Assembly (NCBI GenBank): GCA_963834265.1
Contig: CAWIAU010000001.1
Coordinates: forward strand, 469,523-533,522
Reading direction: 5' to 3'
DNA length: 64,000 bases
DNA from: an uncultured bacterium
GTDB taxonomy: Bacteria > Patescibacteriota > Saccharimonadia > Saccharimonadales > 2-12-FULL-41-12
Below, one piece after another: positions 55,121 through 64,000 of the stretch; the stretch's first letter is position 1; each line of letters opens with the position of its first letter. The notes below the pieces were generated by a model. That model had not been told where the DNA came from. It searched no databases and saw nothing but the letters and a program-made list of their open reading frames with translations. The position numbers and the translations under genes are program-made.

Positions 55121-56244
55121 TTACCTCTGACGATATAGGTAAAATTGCTGATGAATATGACAAGTCGAAGATTCGAATAGGAAGTCTGGGCGGACATAGC
55201 GCGCTTGATGTATGTCGTGGGGCCAAAGCCGAAGGATTCGAAACAGTTGTTGTAGCTCAGAAAGGCCGCGAAGAAGTATATAGCAGGCATTACAAAACCC
55301 GGGGCGATCGGGGTTGTGTTGATCATGTGATAGTCGTCGATAAGTTCGCAGATATCGTGAAACCGGAGATTCAGCAACGACTTCGTGATCTGAACGTCAT
55401 TTTCGTACACAGCCGTTATTTCTGGGTATATTGTGATTATAAACAAATCGAAAATGAATTCCTTGTCCCAATCCTGGGTAATCGGGTATTAGTGCGTAAG
55501 GAAGAGCGTGATGAGTCAAACAATCAGTATTTCCTGCTCAGAGAAGCCGGTATCAGACTCCCCCGCCAGTTTGATAAGCCGGAAGATATTGACCGATTGG
55601 TACTAGTAAAGGCAGCTGAGGCTGAACGCAGCTACGAGCGCGCCTTTTTCCTGGTCAATAACTACGCTGATTACAAAGCCAGTTCTGCAAAGATGATTGC
55701 GAGTGGCTACATAAGTGAAGAATCACTGGATGCAGCGGTTATTGAAGAATTTGTTGTCGGACCGCAGGTCAATCTGAACTACTTCTATTCTCCTCTGACA
55801 GATGAGGTTGAGCTGTGCGGTACAGATATTCGCAGGCAAACCAATATTGACGGATTGCTGCGTATGACCGCACCGGAACAGATCGAAGTACTCAAACATG
55901 TCCGGCCCAAATATATAGAGAATGGCCACCAGTCAGTGACTATCAAGGAATCATTACTTGGCAAAGCCTACGAGGCCGGTGAAGCCTTCGTAGCAGCCGT
56001 CAAAAAACACTATCCACCAGGCATGATAGGTCCATTCGCCCTGCAGGGTGCCATTACCGCCGGGCCGCCTACTGAGGAGTTATATGTGTTCGACGTCAGT
56101 ATGCGTATCCCGGGCAGTCCCGGAACGATGTTTACCCCTTATTCCGGGTACATGCACGGCGAAAATATGTCCGTCGGTCGTCGCGTCGCCCGCGAAATCA
56201 AGTGGGCTGTTGAGCAAGATAAGCTCGGATTATTAATTACATAA
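55117..56244 (+). CDS. PurP-family ATP-grasp enzyme, paralog 2 (translationally coupled to paralog 1 by an ATGA overlap)
   Basis: IGSLGGHSALDVCRGAKAEGFETV, ...NYFYSPLTDEVELCGTDIRRQTNIDG..., ...GPFALQ..., ...GRRVAREIK. Confidence 0.7.
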   Translation: MITSDDIGKIADEYDKSKIRIGSLGGHSALDVCRGAKAEGFETVVVAQKGREEVYSRHYKTRGDRGCVDHVIVVDKFADIVKPEIQQRLRDLNVIFVHSRYFWVYCDYKQIENEFLVPILGNRVLVRKEERDESNNQYFLLREAGIRLPRQFDKPEDIDRLVLVKAAEAERSYERAFFLVNNYADYKASSAKMIASGYISEESLDAAVIEEFVVGPQVNLNYFYSPLTDEVELCGTDIRRQTNIDGLLRMTAPEQIEVLKHVRPKYIENGHQSVTIKESLLGKAYEAGEAFVAAVKKHYPPGMIGPFALQGAITAGPPTEELYVFDVSMRIPGSPGTMFTPYSGYMHGENMSVGRRVAREIKWAVEQDKLGLLIT

Positions 56245-56254
56245 TTTTTTTTAA

Positions 56255-56520
56255 ATCAGCTTCAGACCGGCCTGAAGGTCAGCCCGACTTCCTTTTTGTG
56301 CCAACAAAAACGAAGCGAAAAAATGGCAGGACTCGAAAAGCTTTTTTATGATCTCATTGTCAAAAAGCACAATGCCCGGCAAACTTGATATTTCTTTTAT
56401 TAATTTTTACAGAATAAAATATCTTCAAACACTGCCTCGACTCTATTTGTGCTTTTGACACTCGCTCATCAGGAAGCTTTTCGGGCCTGGCAAAAACCAT
56501 GGACTGAAGTATTATTAAAC
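56255..56520. repeat. Mosaic copy of the intergenic repeat. It has the module X start with the hairpin cttcctttttg-tgccaa-caaaaacgaag, the inverted module Z middle and start (tctcattgtcaaaaagcacaatgc; ttgtgcttttgacactcgctcatcaggaagcttttcgggcctgg), and the Y-end motif aaccatggactgaagtatt
   Basis: Segment-wise matches to 28035-28140, 5215-5330 (reverse complement) and 5143-5165. Confidence 0.75.
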
Positions 56521-56553
56521 TGAATAATGAAGAAATAAATAAAAAAGGGGATA

Positions 56554-57744
56554 TTACCTGACTGCTACGTAAACGTCTGATGTTTCAACTTTGCGCATTA
56601 CTATTTGCAGCAACTGCATGCGCCGGGATCGAAATGCCCCGGCACAGGAAAGCAAGTAAAAATTCCACATGCGATAGAACCGTTCGTCGTACTTATCGCT
56701 AATTTCGTCGTAATGATCCACGAAGTTCGCATGCCAGGCCATGAGTGTTTTGTCGTAATATGGACCGAAGTTATGGATGTCTTCGATAATTAATTTTTTC
56801 TCTATTGCCTGGCTAATTTGAGTTAATGATGGTATTACGCCACCGGGAAAAATATATTTATCTATCCATGGGTCGACAAACTTTGTGGAGCGATTATTGC
56901 TAATCATGTGATGAAGCATTAGGCCTCCATCGTTTAACATGTCTTTGCACTGCTTAAAGAATGCGGCGTAATTTTTGGGTCCTACGTGTTCCATGATACC
57001 TATCGATACGATACGGTCGTAGAAGCCGCTTACGTCCCGGTAATCCTTTTCCTCAATAATTACGGGTAAACCCTTGCTGCGTTCCCTGGCCACTATAACC
57101 TGTTCGGCAGCCGGGGTGACGGCCGTAACCCTAACACCGTAATTGCGGGCCGCATATTCTGCGAATCCACCCCAACCGCAACCAAGGTCTAACAGGCTCA
57201 TTCCTTTTTTGAGATACAGTTTCCGGCATACTAAATCCATTTTTGCTTTCTGAGCTTCTTCTAAAGTATCAACGTCTTTCCAGTAAGCGCAAGTATACAT
57301 CATACTCTTGTCAAGCATGCGTTTGTACAGATCATTGCCAATTTCATAATGGTGAGAGGCATTTTGTGCGGATTTTCTGTAGGACTGTGGATTGGACAGC
57401 ATAGCACCAAGAAACGACTGGACCATCGCCGGGCTAATTTTTGCCTTTTCTCTGACATTTGCTTCCATAAGACGGGCTACGAATTCATCAAGACGCTCTA
57501 CGTCCCACCAGCCGTCCATATAAGATTCGCCGATACCAAGCTCACGCCTGGATAGAACACTTTTATAAAAGCGGTCATCGTGAACCTGAATGTCGAATGG
57601 TCTGCCGCCGTCGATTTTCACATCACCCAGAGATAGCAGATATTTTACAGTATTTTTTGCATCGGACATAAGGCGTAGTATATACGCCAGACCTATTGGC
57701 CCCCAAGATCTATCTTCCATGAAACGCTGATATTTAATATTCAA
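56554..57744 (-). CDS. cfa: Cyclopropane-fatty-acyl-phospholipid synthase family SAM-dependent methyltransferase
   Basis: SAM motif LLDLGCGWGGFAEYAA; CMAS-family length and N-terminal region. Confidence 0.8.
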   Translation of the reverse strand: MNIKYQRFMEDRSWGPIGLAYILRLMSDAKNTVKYLLSLGDVKIDGGRPFDIQVHDDRFYKSVLSRRELGIGESYMDGWWDVERLDEFVARLMEANVREKAKISPAMVQSFLGAMLSNPQSYRKSAQNASHHYEIGNDLYKRMLDKSMMYTCAYWKDVDTLEEAQKAKMDLVCRKLYLKKGMSLLDLGCGWGGFAEYAARNYGVRVTAVTPAAEQVIVARERSKGLPVIIEEKDYRDVSGFYDRIVSIGIMEHVGPKNYAAFFKQCKDMLNDGGLMLHHMISNNRSTKFVDPWIDKYIFPGGVIPSLTQISQAIEKKLIIEDIHNFGPYYDKTLMAWHANFVDHYDEISDKYDERFYRMWNFYLLSCAGAFRSRRMQLLQIVMRKVETSDVYVAVR

Positions 57745-57861
57745 TTTCTATATCTAAACAGCTTTTAGTTACTAACTTTGACTGTTTTCAAAGTATAAGT
57801 GGTTTACTCAGTTTTTGGACTGTGTTACGGTTGTAGTATCAGGAATGTGTGAGGAGGTGTT

Positions 57862-58605
57862 ATGAAAAAAGTTAAATTAATATTAATAGCGGGGCTTATG
57901 GTTACTGGCCTGGCTGCCCTTATTAAGACTGGTGATGCCGAAGCTTATACCTGTCTTACTCCTTCATCTGCTAATCCGTCTATCACTGTCAGTGGCACTA
58001 CGGCAACCGCAAATTTTACACTCCCAAAGGGCTGTAAGAATATTGATGTTTCACTAGTCTCATACAAAGCGCCGAACGGCACGGACGGCAAGCCTTTTGA
58101 CCAGCAGGTGCTATACAAGTCAGTTACACGGAATTATAACATTGAGGGCCGGCGTGAAATCAAGGTAGAAGTTCCAAACTGTTATTATCAGGTTGATCTG
58201 GTAATCGGGCAGCCGCTGCATAGCTTCGCAGGAGGTGTAACTTATCATGCTCAACACCGTTTCCTTCTGGCTAAACAAGGAGGAACGACCTCTTGTACGC
58301 CGGCTGTAACTCCAACTCCTCCACCGGCTACTCCCGCTACGAGTACACCATCTGCAGTGAGCATTACAAATACGAATACAAATACTAATACGGTAAGCCC
58401 TGCTGCGAAATCTCCTGTGCCTACGCCTGCTCCTGCCCCGACTCCGGAGCCAGTTCCAGATAAGGAACCGTCGGGCAAATTACCGGATACCGGTCCCGGT
58501 ACTATAGCTGCGTTCAGCTTCGGATCGACCTTTATGGGCTCTTTGCTAATGGCTTATCGAAATCGCTTTACCGGCCTTGTGGACCGGATAGCCACGCGTT
58601 TCTAG
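57862..58605 (+). CDS. Cell-wall-anchored surface protein (signal peptide, Thr/Pro-rich linker, LPDTG sortase sorting signal, hydrophobic segment and a basic tail)
   Basis: N-terminal signal MKKVKLILIAGLMVTGLAALI; C-terminal KLPDTGPGTIAAFSFGSTFMGSLLMAYRNRFTG. Confidence 0.8.
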   Translation: MKKVKLILIAGLMVTGLAALIKTGDAEAYTCLTPSSANPSITVSGTTATANFTLPKGCKNIDVSLVSYKAPNGTDGKPFDQQVLYKSVTRNYNIEGRREIKVEVPNCYYQVDLVIGQPLHSFAGGVTYHAQHRFLLAKQGGTTSCTPAVTPTPPPATPATSTPSAVSITNTNTNTNTVSPAAKSPVPTPAPAPTPEPVPDKEPSGKLPDTGPGTIAAFSFGSTFMGSLLMAYRNRFTGLVDRIATRF

Positions 58606-58618
58606 AAAAGTTACAGGT

Positions 58619-59176
58619 ATGCTGATTCATTTTGAAGACTGGTCACATCCACTTGTTACCGATTTGCTGCCACAAGACCTGCCCCATGAGAGCAGAGTTA
58701 TAAAAGCTTTTGCTACTGAGACAGATCCACGTATAGAATTAAATAAACGAGACCTCGTAGTTATTGAAGCAAGCGGAGATGTTTTCGACCGCGATGAAGT
58801 ATTTGAATATGACCAACGGGGAGCTTTTGCCAGCCTTGATCTGGAAGAAATGCTGGGAGAGTATGACTTGAGTGATCTTGGTAATCGTACGGTGAGAGCT
58901 TTGTTTCGTTTCTCAAATGAGTATGGTTTTTGTCAGGAAGCCATGTCAGCCAGGCGCAACGACGGCTGGCTGATTGCAGGGCCGTTGGATGAAATCGACG
59001 GATATAACAACGCCGGAGGGCCCGGGTACGAAAGTGCATTGCACCTGGATATATTTTTTCCAAAATCTCTGGGGATTTTGAAAGATACTGTCAATTATGA
59101 TAGTCCGGACGAAGTACTTACTGTACAAGAGGTAATGAGCCAAAGACGTAACTCACTAAAACGAAGACAGGCATAA
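58619..59176 (+). CDS. Hypothetical protein (185 aa)
   Basis: ORF only. Confidence 0.45.
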   Translation: MLIHFEDWSHPLVTDLLPQDLPHESRVIKAFATETDPRIELNKRDLVVIEASGDVFDRDEVFEYDQRGAFASLDLEEMLGEYDLSDLGNRTVRALFRFSNEYGFCQEAMSARRNDGWLIAGPLDEIDGYNNAGGPGYESALHLDIFFPKSLGILKDTVNYDSPDEVLTVQEVMSQRRNSLKRRQA

Positions 59177-60388
59177 TTACCTGACAATAACCTGGTCGCG
59201 GGCGGGGCCAACCCCGATCATCGTGATGGGTATGCCGGTTTGGTCTTCTATGAACTGTATGTATTTTTGTGCATTTGCCGGTAAGTCTTCGAATTTGCGA
59301 ATACCTTGTATATCTTCTTTCCAGTTCGGCAGATTACGATAAACAGGTTCGCATTGTTCAAGCTCGCCGGCAGAACCGGGAGCAATTTTTAATTCCTGAT
59401 TTTTATACTGGTAAGCTACGCATACAGGTATCTCTTTACCGTAGCGATTCAGACAGTCGACTTTCGTAAGTGCCAGTTCATCCGAGCCATTAACCATCTG
59501 GGCCCGCCGCAATCCCGGCAGATCAAAATGTCCCATACGACGCCAGCGGCCGGTGGTAGTTCCTTGTTCGGTATCCACTTTTCCCGCTTCACCCCGCAAT
59601 TTATGCAACAGTTCTTCATCCTTCACTTCAGTAACGAAAGGTCCTCCACCCACGTGGGACTGGGTAGCTTTGGCGACACCTATAATCCTGTCAATATACT
59701 TAGCGCTGATGCCCAGACCCGTCAGGACCCCTCCCGTAGTGGTAGACGATGAAGTGACAAACGGATACATACCATGATCAATATCGAGTAGAAATGCCTG
59801 CGCTCCCTCGGCCAGCACATTATGTTTATCTTTCAGAGCATTATTTACGAGTAGTACAGTATCGGTTATGTAGTCTTTCAGCTTATGGCAGGCGTTAGTC
59901 CATTCCCTGGGCTGATCAGTTAACTTTCCGGCCAGTATATCTTCGGCCCGCAGATTACTACGCTTATACTTAGCTGCCGCTACATATGCAATACCGGCTT
60001 TGGTTGTACCTTGACGATTTTGTCCGTCTTCCCTGTCGGAATCAAGTTTTATATGTTCGGGTGTGATCAGATGCGCCCCCAGACTGATCTTCAGATTATC
60101 GGGAGTTACATCGATGCCACGGGTTTTCAACCCGTCAATTTCTGTTCCCAGCTTGATCGGATCAAGAAATGTACCATTACCTATGACATTGACTACGTTC
60201 GGTTGAGCTGCTCCGGATGGCATCAGATGCAGCTCCAGTACTCCTCCATCCGGTAATACAACTGTATGGCCGGCATTCGGACCGCCGTTGAAGCGTGCTA
60301 CTATATCATGCTTGCTCGCAAGCATATCAACAAACCGCCCTTTACCCTCGTCTCCTCTTTGTTCTCCAACTACAATAGTTACCGGCAT
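59177..60388 (-). CDS. purA: Adenylosuccinate synthetase
   Basis: IVVGEQRGDEGKGRFVDMLA...NGGPNAGHTV. Confidence 0.92.
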   Translation of the reverse strand: MPVTIVVGEQRGDEGKGRFVDMLASKHDIVARFNGGPNAGHTVVLPDGGVLELHLMPSGAAQPNVVNVIGNGTFLDPIKLGTEIDGLKTRGIDVTPDNLKISLGAHLITPEHIKLDSDREDGQNRQGTTKAGIAYVAAAKYKRSNLRAEDILAGKLTDQPREWTNACHKLKDYITDTVLLVNNALKDKHNVLAEGAQAFLLDIDHGMYPFVTSSSTTTGGVLTGLGISAKYIDRIIGVAKATQSHVGGGPFVTEVKDEELLHKLRGEAGKVDTEQGTTTGRWRRMGHFDLPGLRRAQMVNGSDELALTKVDCLNRYGKEIPVCVAYQYKNQELKIAPGSAGELEQCEPVYRNLPNWKEDIQGIRKFEDLPANAQKYIQFIEDQTGIPITMIGVGPARDQVIVR

Positions 60389-60512
60389 GTTTACTAATAG
60401 TATATCAAATAGTATATCTAAAAACCGGGTCTTATTTTTTGTAACTGAAATTATATAAAACTAAGTTTCAATAGCCTTGTTTCACAAGTCCCTCGGGATA
60501 CTTCTGATTAGT

Positions 60513-60839
60513 TTAGTTGGGTTCAAAGAATTTTTTGGGGCGGTTGAATTGCCAGGGATCACGGACGCTGCATTTTTGGATCTCGATTGATTCCCATACT
60601 TTGCCGGTAACATATGGTTCAGAGTCCAGCCATTCCTGCAGCTCTTTTTCTGAGGGGAAGTCCATGAAAAGCATTGAGCCATTCATCCGGCCATCGTCAT
60701 CCAACAATGCGGCCCCATACCACATATTTCCCGATTGTCTCAGCTTCTCACCCAAATCAATATGATCCTGACGTACAGCCATCCGCCGATCCGGTGCTCT
60801 ATCGTCTGTTCCATCCCGCCCGATTACCAAATACTGCAT
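60513..60839 (-). CDS. YciI-like protein (dimeric alpha+beta barrel)
   Basis: MQYLVIGRDGTD...RQDHIDLGEKLRQSG...DPY pattern. Confidence 0.65.
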   Translation of the reverse strand: MQYLVIGRDGTDDRAPDRRMAVRQDHIDLGEKLRQSGNMWYGAALLDDDGRMNGSMLFMDFPSEKELQEWLDSEPYVTGKVWESIEIQKCSVRDPWQFNRPKKFFEPN

Positions 60840-60870
60840 GGCTACAGAATAGCATTTTTTAATTAAACTC

Positions 60871-61422
60871 TTACCTCGTATAGGTTGCTGTCAGTATAGC
60901 GATAAAGAAAAGTGTGAAATAAGTAATTTGAAGTAACATAAGATATTCATGCCTACCTTTGCCATGTACTAATACGGCAATCGTAGATAACATTATCAGG
61001 AGATTTATTACACAAATTATTTGCGTCGCAGAGCTTATCATCTCTGACAACAAGACCGTAATCAGCGCCGGAATGAGCAGTATAGCCGAAAAAGCCGCAA
61101 ATACCTGATGATACAGAGTTTTTCGGCCACCGGATTCCGGAATTAGCACTACAATAACCTGGGCGGCCGCACTGGTCGCGATAAATACGCTAAACCAAGA
61201 GGATAAATTAAATGCAGGCACAAACCATTTGTCAAAAAACAGTAATAACATCGGTAGAACAATAAAGAACAGGCCTATGTAGTAAAAATATGTATGTCTG
61301 TAAGCAGCCGCATGCTGGCTAAAGCTCATATGCTTGCCTTGTGGCCATCGCCACACCAAAAACCAAAGTCCACAAGACAGGATTAAAACTGATGTAATGA
61401 GTAATAATTTATAAGACTCCAC
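60871..61422 (-). CDS. Hypothetical polytopic membrane protein (183 aa)
   Basis: Five or six hydrophobic segments. Confidence 0.5.
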   Translation of the reverse strand: MESYKLLLITSVLILSCGLWFLVWRWPQGKHMSFSQHAAAYRHTYFYYIGLFFIVLPMLLLFFDKWFVPAFNLSSWFSVFIATSAAAQVIVVLIPESGGRKTLYHQVFAAFSAILLIPALITVLLSEMISSATQIICVINLLIMLSTIAVLVHGKGRHEYLMLLQITYFTLFFIAILTATYTR

Positions 61423-61429
61423 GAATTAT

Positions 61430-62971
61430 TTATTCCCATTCAATGGTGGCGGGGGGTTTGGTCGTAATTTCGTAAACTACACGGTTGATGCCTTTAACTT
61501 CGGAAACGATGCGGCTGGACATGCGTGCCAGCAGATCATAGGGTAATCGGGCCCAGTCGGCAGTCATAACATCCAGTGACTCAAAAGCTTTGATGCAGAT
61601 TACTTCTTCGTAGGTGCGGCCATCACCCATTACGCCTACAGATTTGATCGGCAGGAGCACTGCAAAATATTGGTACAGATCTTTTCGGATGTCCGGTAAT
61701 TTTTCGATTTCTTCCCGGACAATTGCATCCGCTTCCTGTAGCAGATATAAACGCTCGGGAGTAATGTCGCCTACTATCCGGACGGCTAGTCCGGGACCGG
61801 GAAATGCCTGTCGTTGTACAATTGCTTCAGGCAATCCCAGCTCGCTGCCAATACGGCGCACTTCATCCTTAAATACGGCCCGCAGAGGTTCAATCAACTT
61901 CAGATTCATCTTTTCCGGCAGTCCGCCTACGTTATGATGTGACTTTATAGTTACCGATGGTCCATTGACTGATACTGACTCAATAACATCCGGATAAAGC
62001 GTTCCCTGCACCAGAAATTCGACCCCATCAATTTGTTTGGCCTCTTCGTCGAAGATTTTGATAAACTCACCGCCGATAATCTTACGCTTCTGCTCCGGAT
62101 CAGTCACGCCGGCCAGTTTGCTCAAAAACTGGTCGGCGGCACGGATAGGCTTCACATTCAGCCCTGTCTGCTTGTAGACTTCCAGTACTTCTTCGTATTC
62201 GTTCTTGCGGAGCAAACCATTATCGACGAATATACATGTTTGCTGATCGCCGATTGCTCTGTCCACAAGAGTTGCGGCAATGGAGGAATCGACACCGCCG
62301 GATAGAGCGCAGACAACTTTTTTCTCTCCTACCAGCTCTTTGATCTTTTGGATCTCACTGCCGATGAAATGCTCCGGTGTCCAGTCCTGTTTAAAACCGC
62401 AAATGCCAACCATGAATTGCCTTAATATCTCTGTTCCATATTCAGTATGTGCTACTTCCGGATGGAACTGGAATCCATACATTTTTTTGTCGTGATTTTC
62501 GATAACGGCGATGGTGTTGGCTGATAGCGCTGTGACTACAAATCCCTTTGGCGGTGCACTGACATGAGTGCCATGGCTCATCCAGACTGTGCTGTTCTCA
62601 AAGGCCTGGTCAATAATGTCGCTGCGTTCTTTCAGGGCCAGTGTTGCTTTGCCATATTCGCGGGACGGCGAGTCTTCTACCTTGCCTCCGAAATGCTGAG
62701 AAATAAGCTGCATTCCATAGCACACACCCAGGATGGGGATGCTTTGTTCAAATAATTTGTCCGGCAGACCAGGGGCCCGGTCATCAAAAACTGAGTTAGG
62801 GCCTCCGGACAGTACAATGCCCTTAACATCATGTTTTTTTATCTCATCAACTCTCGTGTTGAATGGCAGGATAATACTAAAAACGCCGAGTTCGCGGGCT
62901 CGTCGCGCGATAAGCTGGGTAAATTGGGATCCATAATCCAAAATAACCAGAGTCTCGGGGCGTTTATCCAT
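61430..62971 (-). CDS. guaA: GMP synthase (glutamine-hydrolysing)
   Basis: N-terminal GATase ILDYGSQFTQLIARRARELGV...; ATP-PPase SGGVDSS; C-terminal dimerisation region; 513 aa. Confidence 0.93.
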   Translation of the reverse strand: MDKRPETLVILDYGSQFTQLIARRARELGVFSIILPFNTRVDEIKKHDVKGIVLSGGPNSVFDDRAPGLPDKLFEQSIPILGVCYGMQLISQHFGGKVEDSPSREYGKATLALKERSDIIDQAFENSTVWMSHGTHVSAPPKGFVVTALSANTIAVIENHDKKMYGFQFHPEVAHTEYGTEILRQFMVGICGFKQDWTPEHFIGSEIQKIKELVGEKKVVCALSGGVDSSIAATLVDRAIGDQQTCIFVDNGLLRKNEYEEVLEVYKQTGLNVKPIRAADQFLSKLAGVTDPEQKRKIIGGEFIKIFDEEAKQIDGVEFLVQGTLYPDVIESVSVNGPSVTIKSHHNVGGLPEKMNLKLIEPLRAVFKDEVRRIGSELGLPEAIVQRQAFPGPGLAVRIVGDITPERLYLLQEADAIVREEIEKLPDIRKDLYQYFAVLLPIKSVGVMGDGRTYEEVICIKAFESLDVMTADWARLPYDLLARMSSRIVSEVKGINRVVYEITTKPPATIEWE

Positions 62972-62987
62972 CTTATGCAGTAGTATA

Positions 62988-63596
62988 TCAGCTCAACGAC
63001 CGACGGGATATAAAGCCGGAGTTTTTGTCAAAGAAGCGCCAGGGTTGGTCTATAGCTTTTTTGATCCCTATTCTGGGACTTTCAGCTATATCCCGCCGCT
63101 GTTCCGCAGGCAATAACATAATTTGTCTGTCATTAAGATGACTGCCGTTAAATGAGGGGTCAATACCCAGGGCCTGAACGAGTTTAGCCGGCCCGTTGCA
63201 TAACTTATGGATATCCACTGTTTTTCGATTCTTCTGCATCAGATCGACGCCAATTACCGGCTCTAGTGCCCGAATCAAAACTGCCTCGCCACTATGGTCT
63301 CCTGCAACAATATTGAGGCAGTAATGCATGCCGTAGGTAAAATAAATATAAATTGTCCCCGGGGCCTGAAACATCGCAGCGTTACGCGGAGTCTGCCCTC
63401 TGTAAGTATGACTTGCGGGATCGAAACGGGTATAAGCTTCAGTTTCAACGATAATTCCACCGACAGCTCCGGCTTCGGTCTTATGTATCAGATGCCAGCC
63501 AATCAAAGCAGAAGCTGCCTCCGGCGCTGACCGGCTCAAAAACTCTGGAATACCCATACTTTCAGTATAATTGATCCTGAATATGACGAGACTCAC
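62988..63596 (-). CDS. mpg: DNA-3-methyladenine glycosylase (Mpg/AAG family)
   Basis: LIGWHLIH...GGIIVETEAYTRFDPASHTYRGQTPRNAAMFQAPGTIYIYFTYGMHYCLNIV. Confidence 0.85.
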   Translation of the reverse strand: MSLVIFRINYTESMGIPEFLSRSAPEAASALIGWHLIHKTEAGAVGGIIVETEAYTRFDPASHTYRGQTPRNAAMFQAPGTIYIYFTYGMHYCLNIVAGDHSGEAVLIRALEPVIGVDLMQKNRKTVDIHKLCNGPAKLVQALGIDPSFNGSHLNDRQIMLLPAEQRRDIAESPRIGIKKAIDQPWRFFDKNSGFISRRSLS

Positions 63597-64000
63597 AGAA
63601 TATCTGAATATCTTATGGCTGTGTGTGACTATTGTCGTTCTGATTGCGTTTCAGACAGAGCCGATTGGCTTTGTGATGCTCGGGACAGGTTTTCTGGGCC
63701 TCTGGTTATGCTCAGGAGATTTCCGACGGAATATAGCGTTGGTATATGGCTGCACTGCTTTGCTGGCTAATACTCCGATCAACACCGGAATTGATTTCAA
63801 ACATGGTCTGACAATGGGTATACCGCTTTTTCTGGTGGTTTTTATTCCTTATTACATCAGTAAGAATATTTACAAAAACAATCTGGTGAGATTCCCCTTC
63901 GGAAAAGGTCGGGAGTGGAAACAAAAAGAAGTATTCTATGTACTCTTTACTGCGGGAGTAGGTTTTTTAATATTACCGTTAATGTTGCGCAGCGGCAGCT
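63581..64000 (+). CDS. Polytopic membrane protein, 5' partial (runs off the window end)
   Basis: ATG at 63581, open frame to 64000 (MTRLTEYLNILWLCVTIVVLIAF...), several hydrophobic helices; not in the supplied ORF track because no stop lies inside the window. Confidence 0.45.

Noticed and set aside
60389-60512. Purine riboswitch upstream of purA
   Set aside because: The 124-nt yciI-purA spacer lacks the conserved guanine/adenine aptamer junction sequences. It shows only a weak hairpin (aaaaccgggtcttatttttt).

Overview
This is a 64 kb, roughly 45% GC bacterial chromosomal segment dominated by housekeeping genes. It carries topA, dprA, pth, der, gltX, pyrH, xth, tgt, purA, guaA, mpg, a LeuA-family synthase, a DAHP synthase, a PhoR-like two-component pair, MacB-like ABC and RND exporters, a sortase with an LPXTG substrate, a type IV pilin-like gene and three tRNAs (Glu-CUC, Leu-CAA, Ser-GGA). 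The gene content (sortase, pilin, PEGA and cohesin-like surface proteins, reduced metabolism, archaeal-type PurP) suggests a small-genome Gram-positive-like or CPR/Saccharibacteria-like organism. That placement is inference only.

The main non-housekeeping content is:

1. A roughly 7.3 kb integrated element lies at tRNA-Glu (14084-21464), bounded by an imperfect direct repeat of the tRNA 3' end at 21445-21464. It carries an intact large serine recombinase whose 3' end overlaps the tRNA. It also carries a graveyard of frameshifted or fragmentary genes (tyrosine recombinase, C5-methyltransferase C-terminal fragment, RarA C-terminal fragment). Its cargo module consists of an HTH regulator divergently transcribed from an operon of small proteins plus a 415-aa protein. 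That protein has a Rossmann-like N-terminal domain and a C-terminal R-x4-H (HEPN-like) motif. It is a candidate novel ligand-gated RNase or abortive-infection-type defence module (hypothesis).

2. A modular, mosaic family of intergenic repeats (modules X, Y, Z, each 60-280 nt) occurs at 8 or more loci. Its hairpins show compensatory base changes and it carries a recurring TGCCAA(A) motif. Modules that are contiguous at one locus flank single genes (pilin-like, Hda/DnaA-like ATPase) at others, which gives a cassette-like layout.

3. A roughly 350 nt structured RNA candidate sits between a consensus TTGACA-17-TATTAT promoter and an intrinsic terminator (6371-6757).

4. A 28-aa Leu-rich leader peptide with an attenuator-like architecture precedes the LeuA-family gene.

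5. Two translationally coupled paralogs of archaeal-type PurP (FAICAR synthetase) sit in tandem.

6. Partial 5' and 3' duplications of tRNA genes (tRNA-Glu, tRNA-Leu) look like scars of site-specific recombination.

No rRNA and no CRISPR array were seen.
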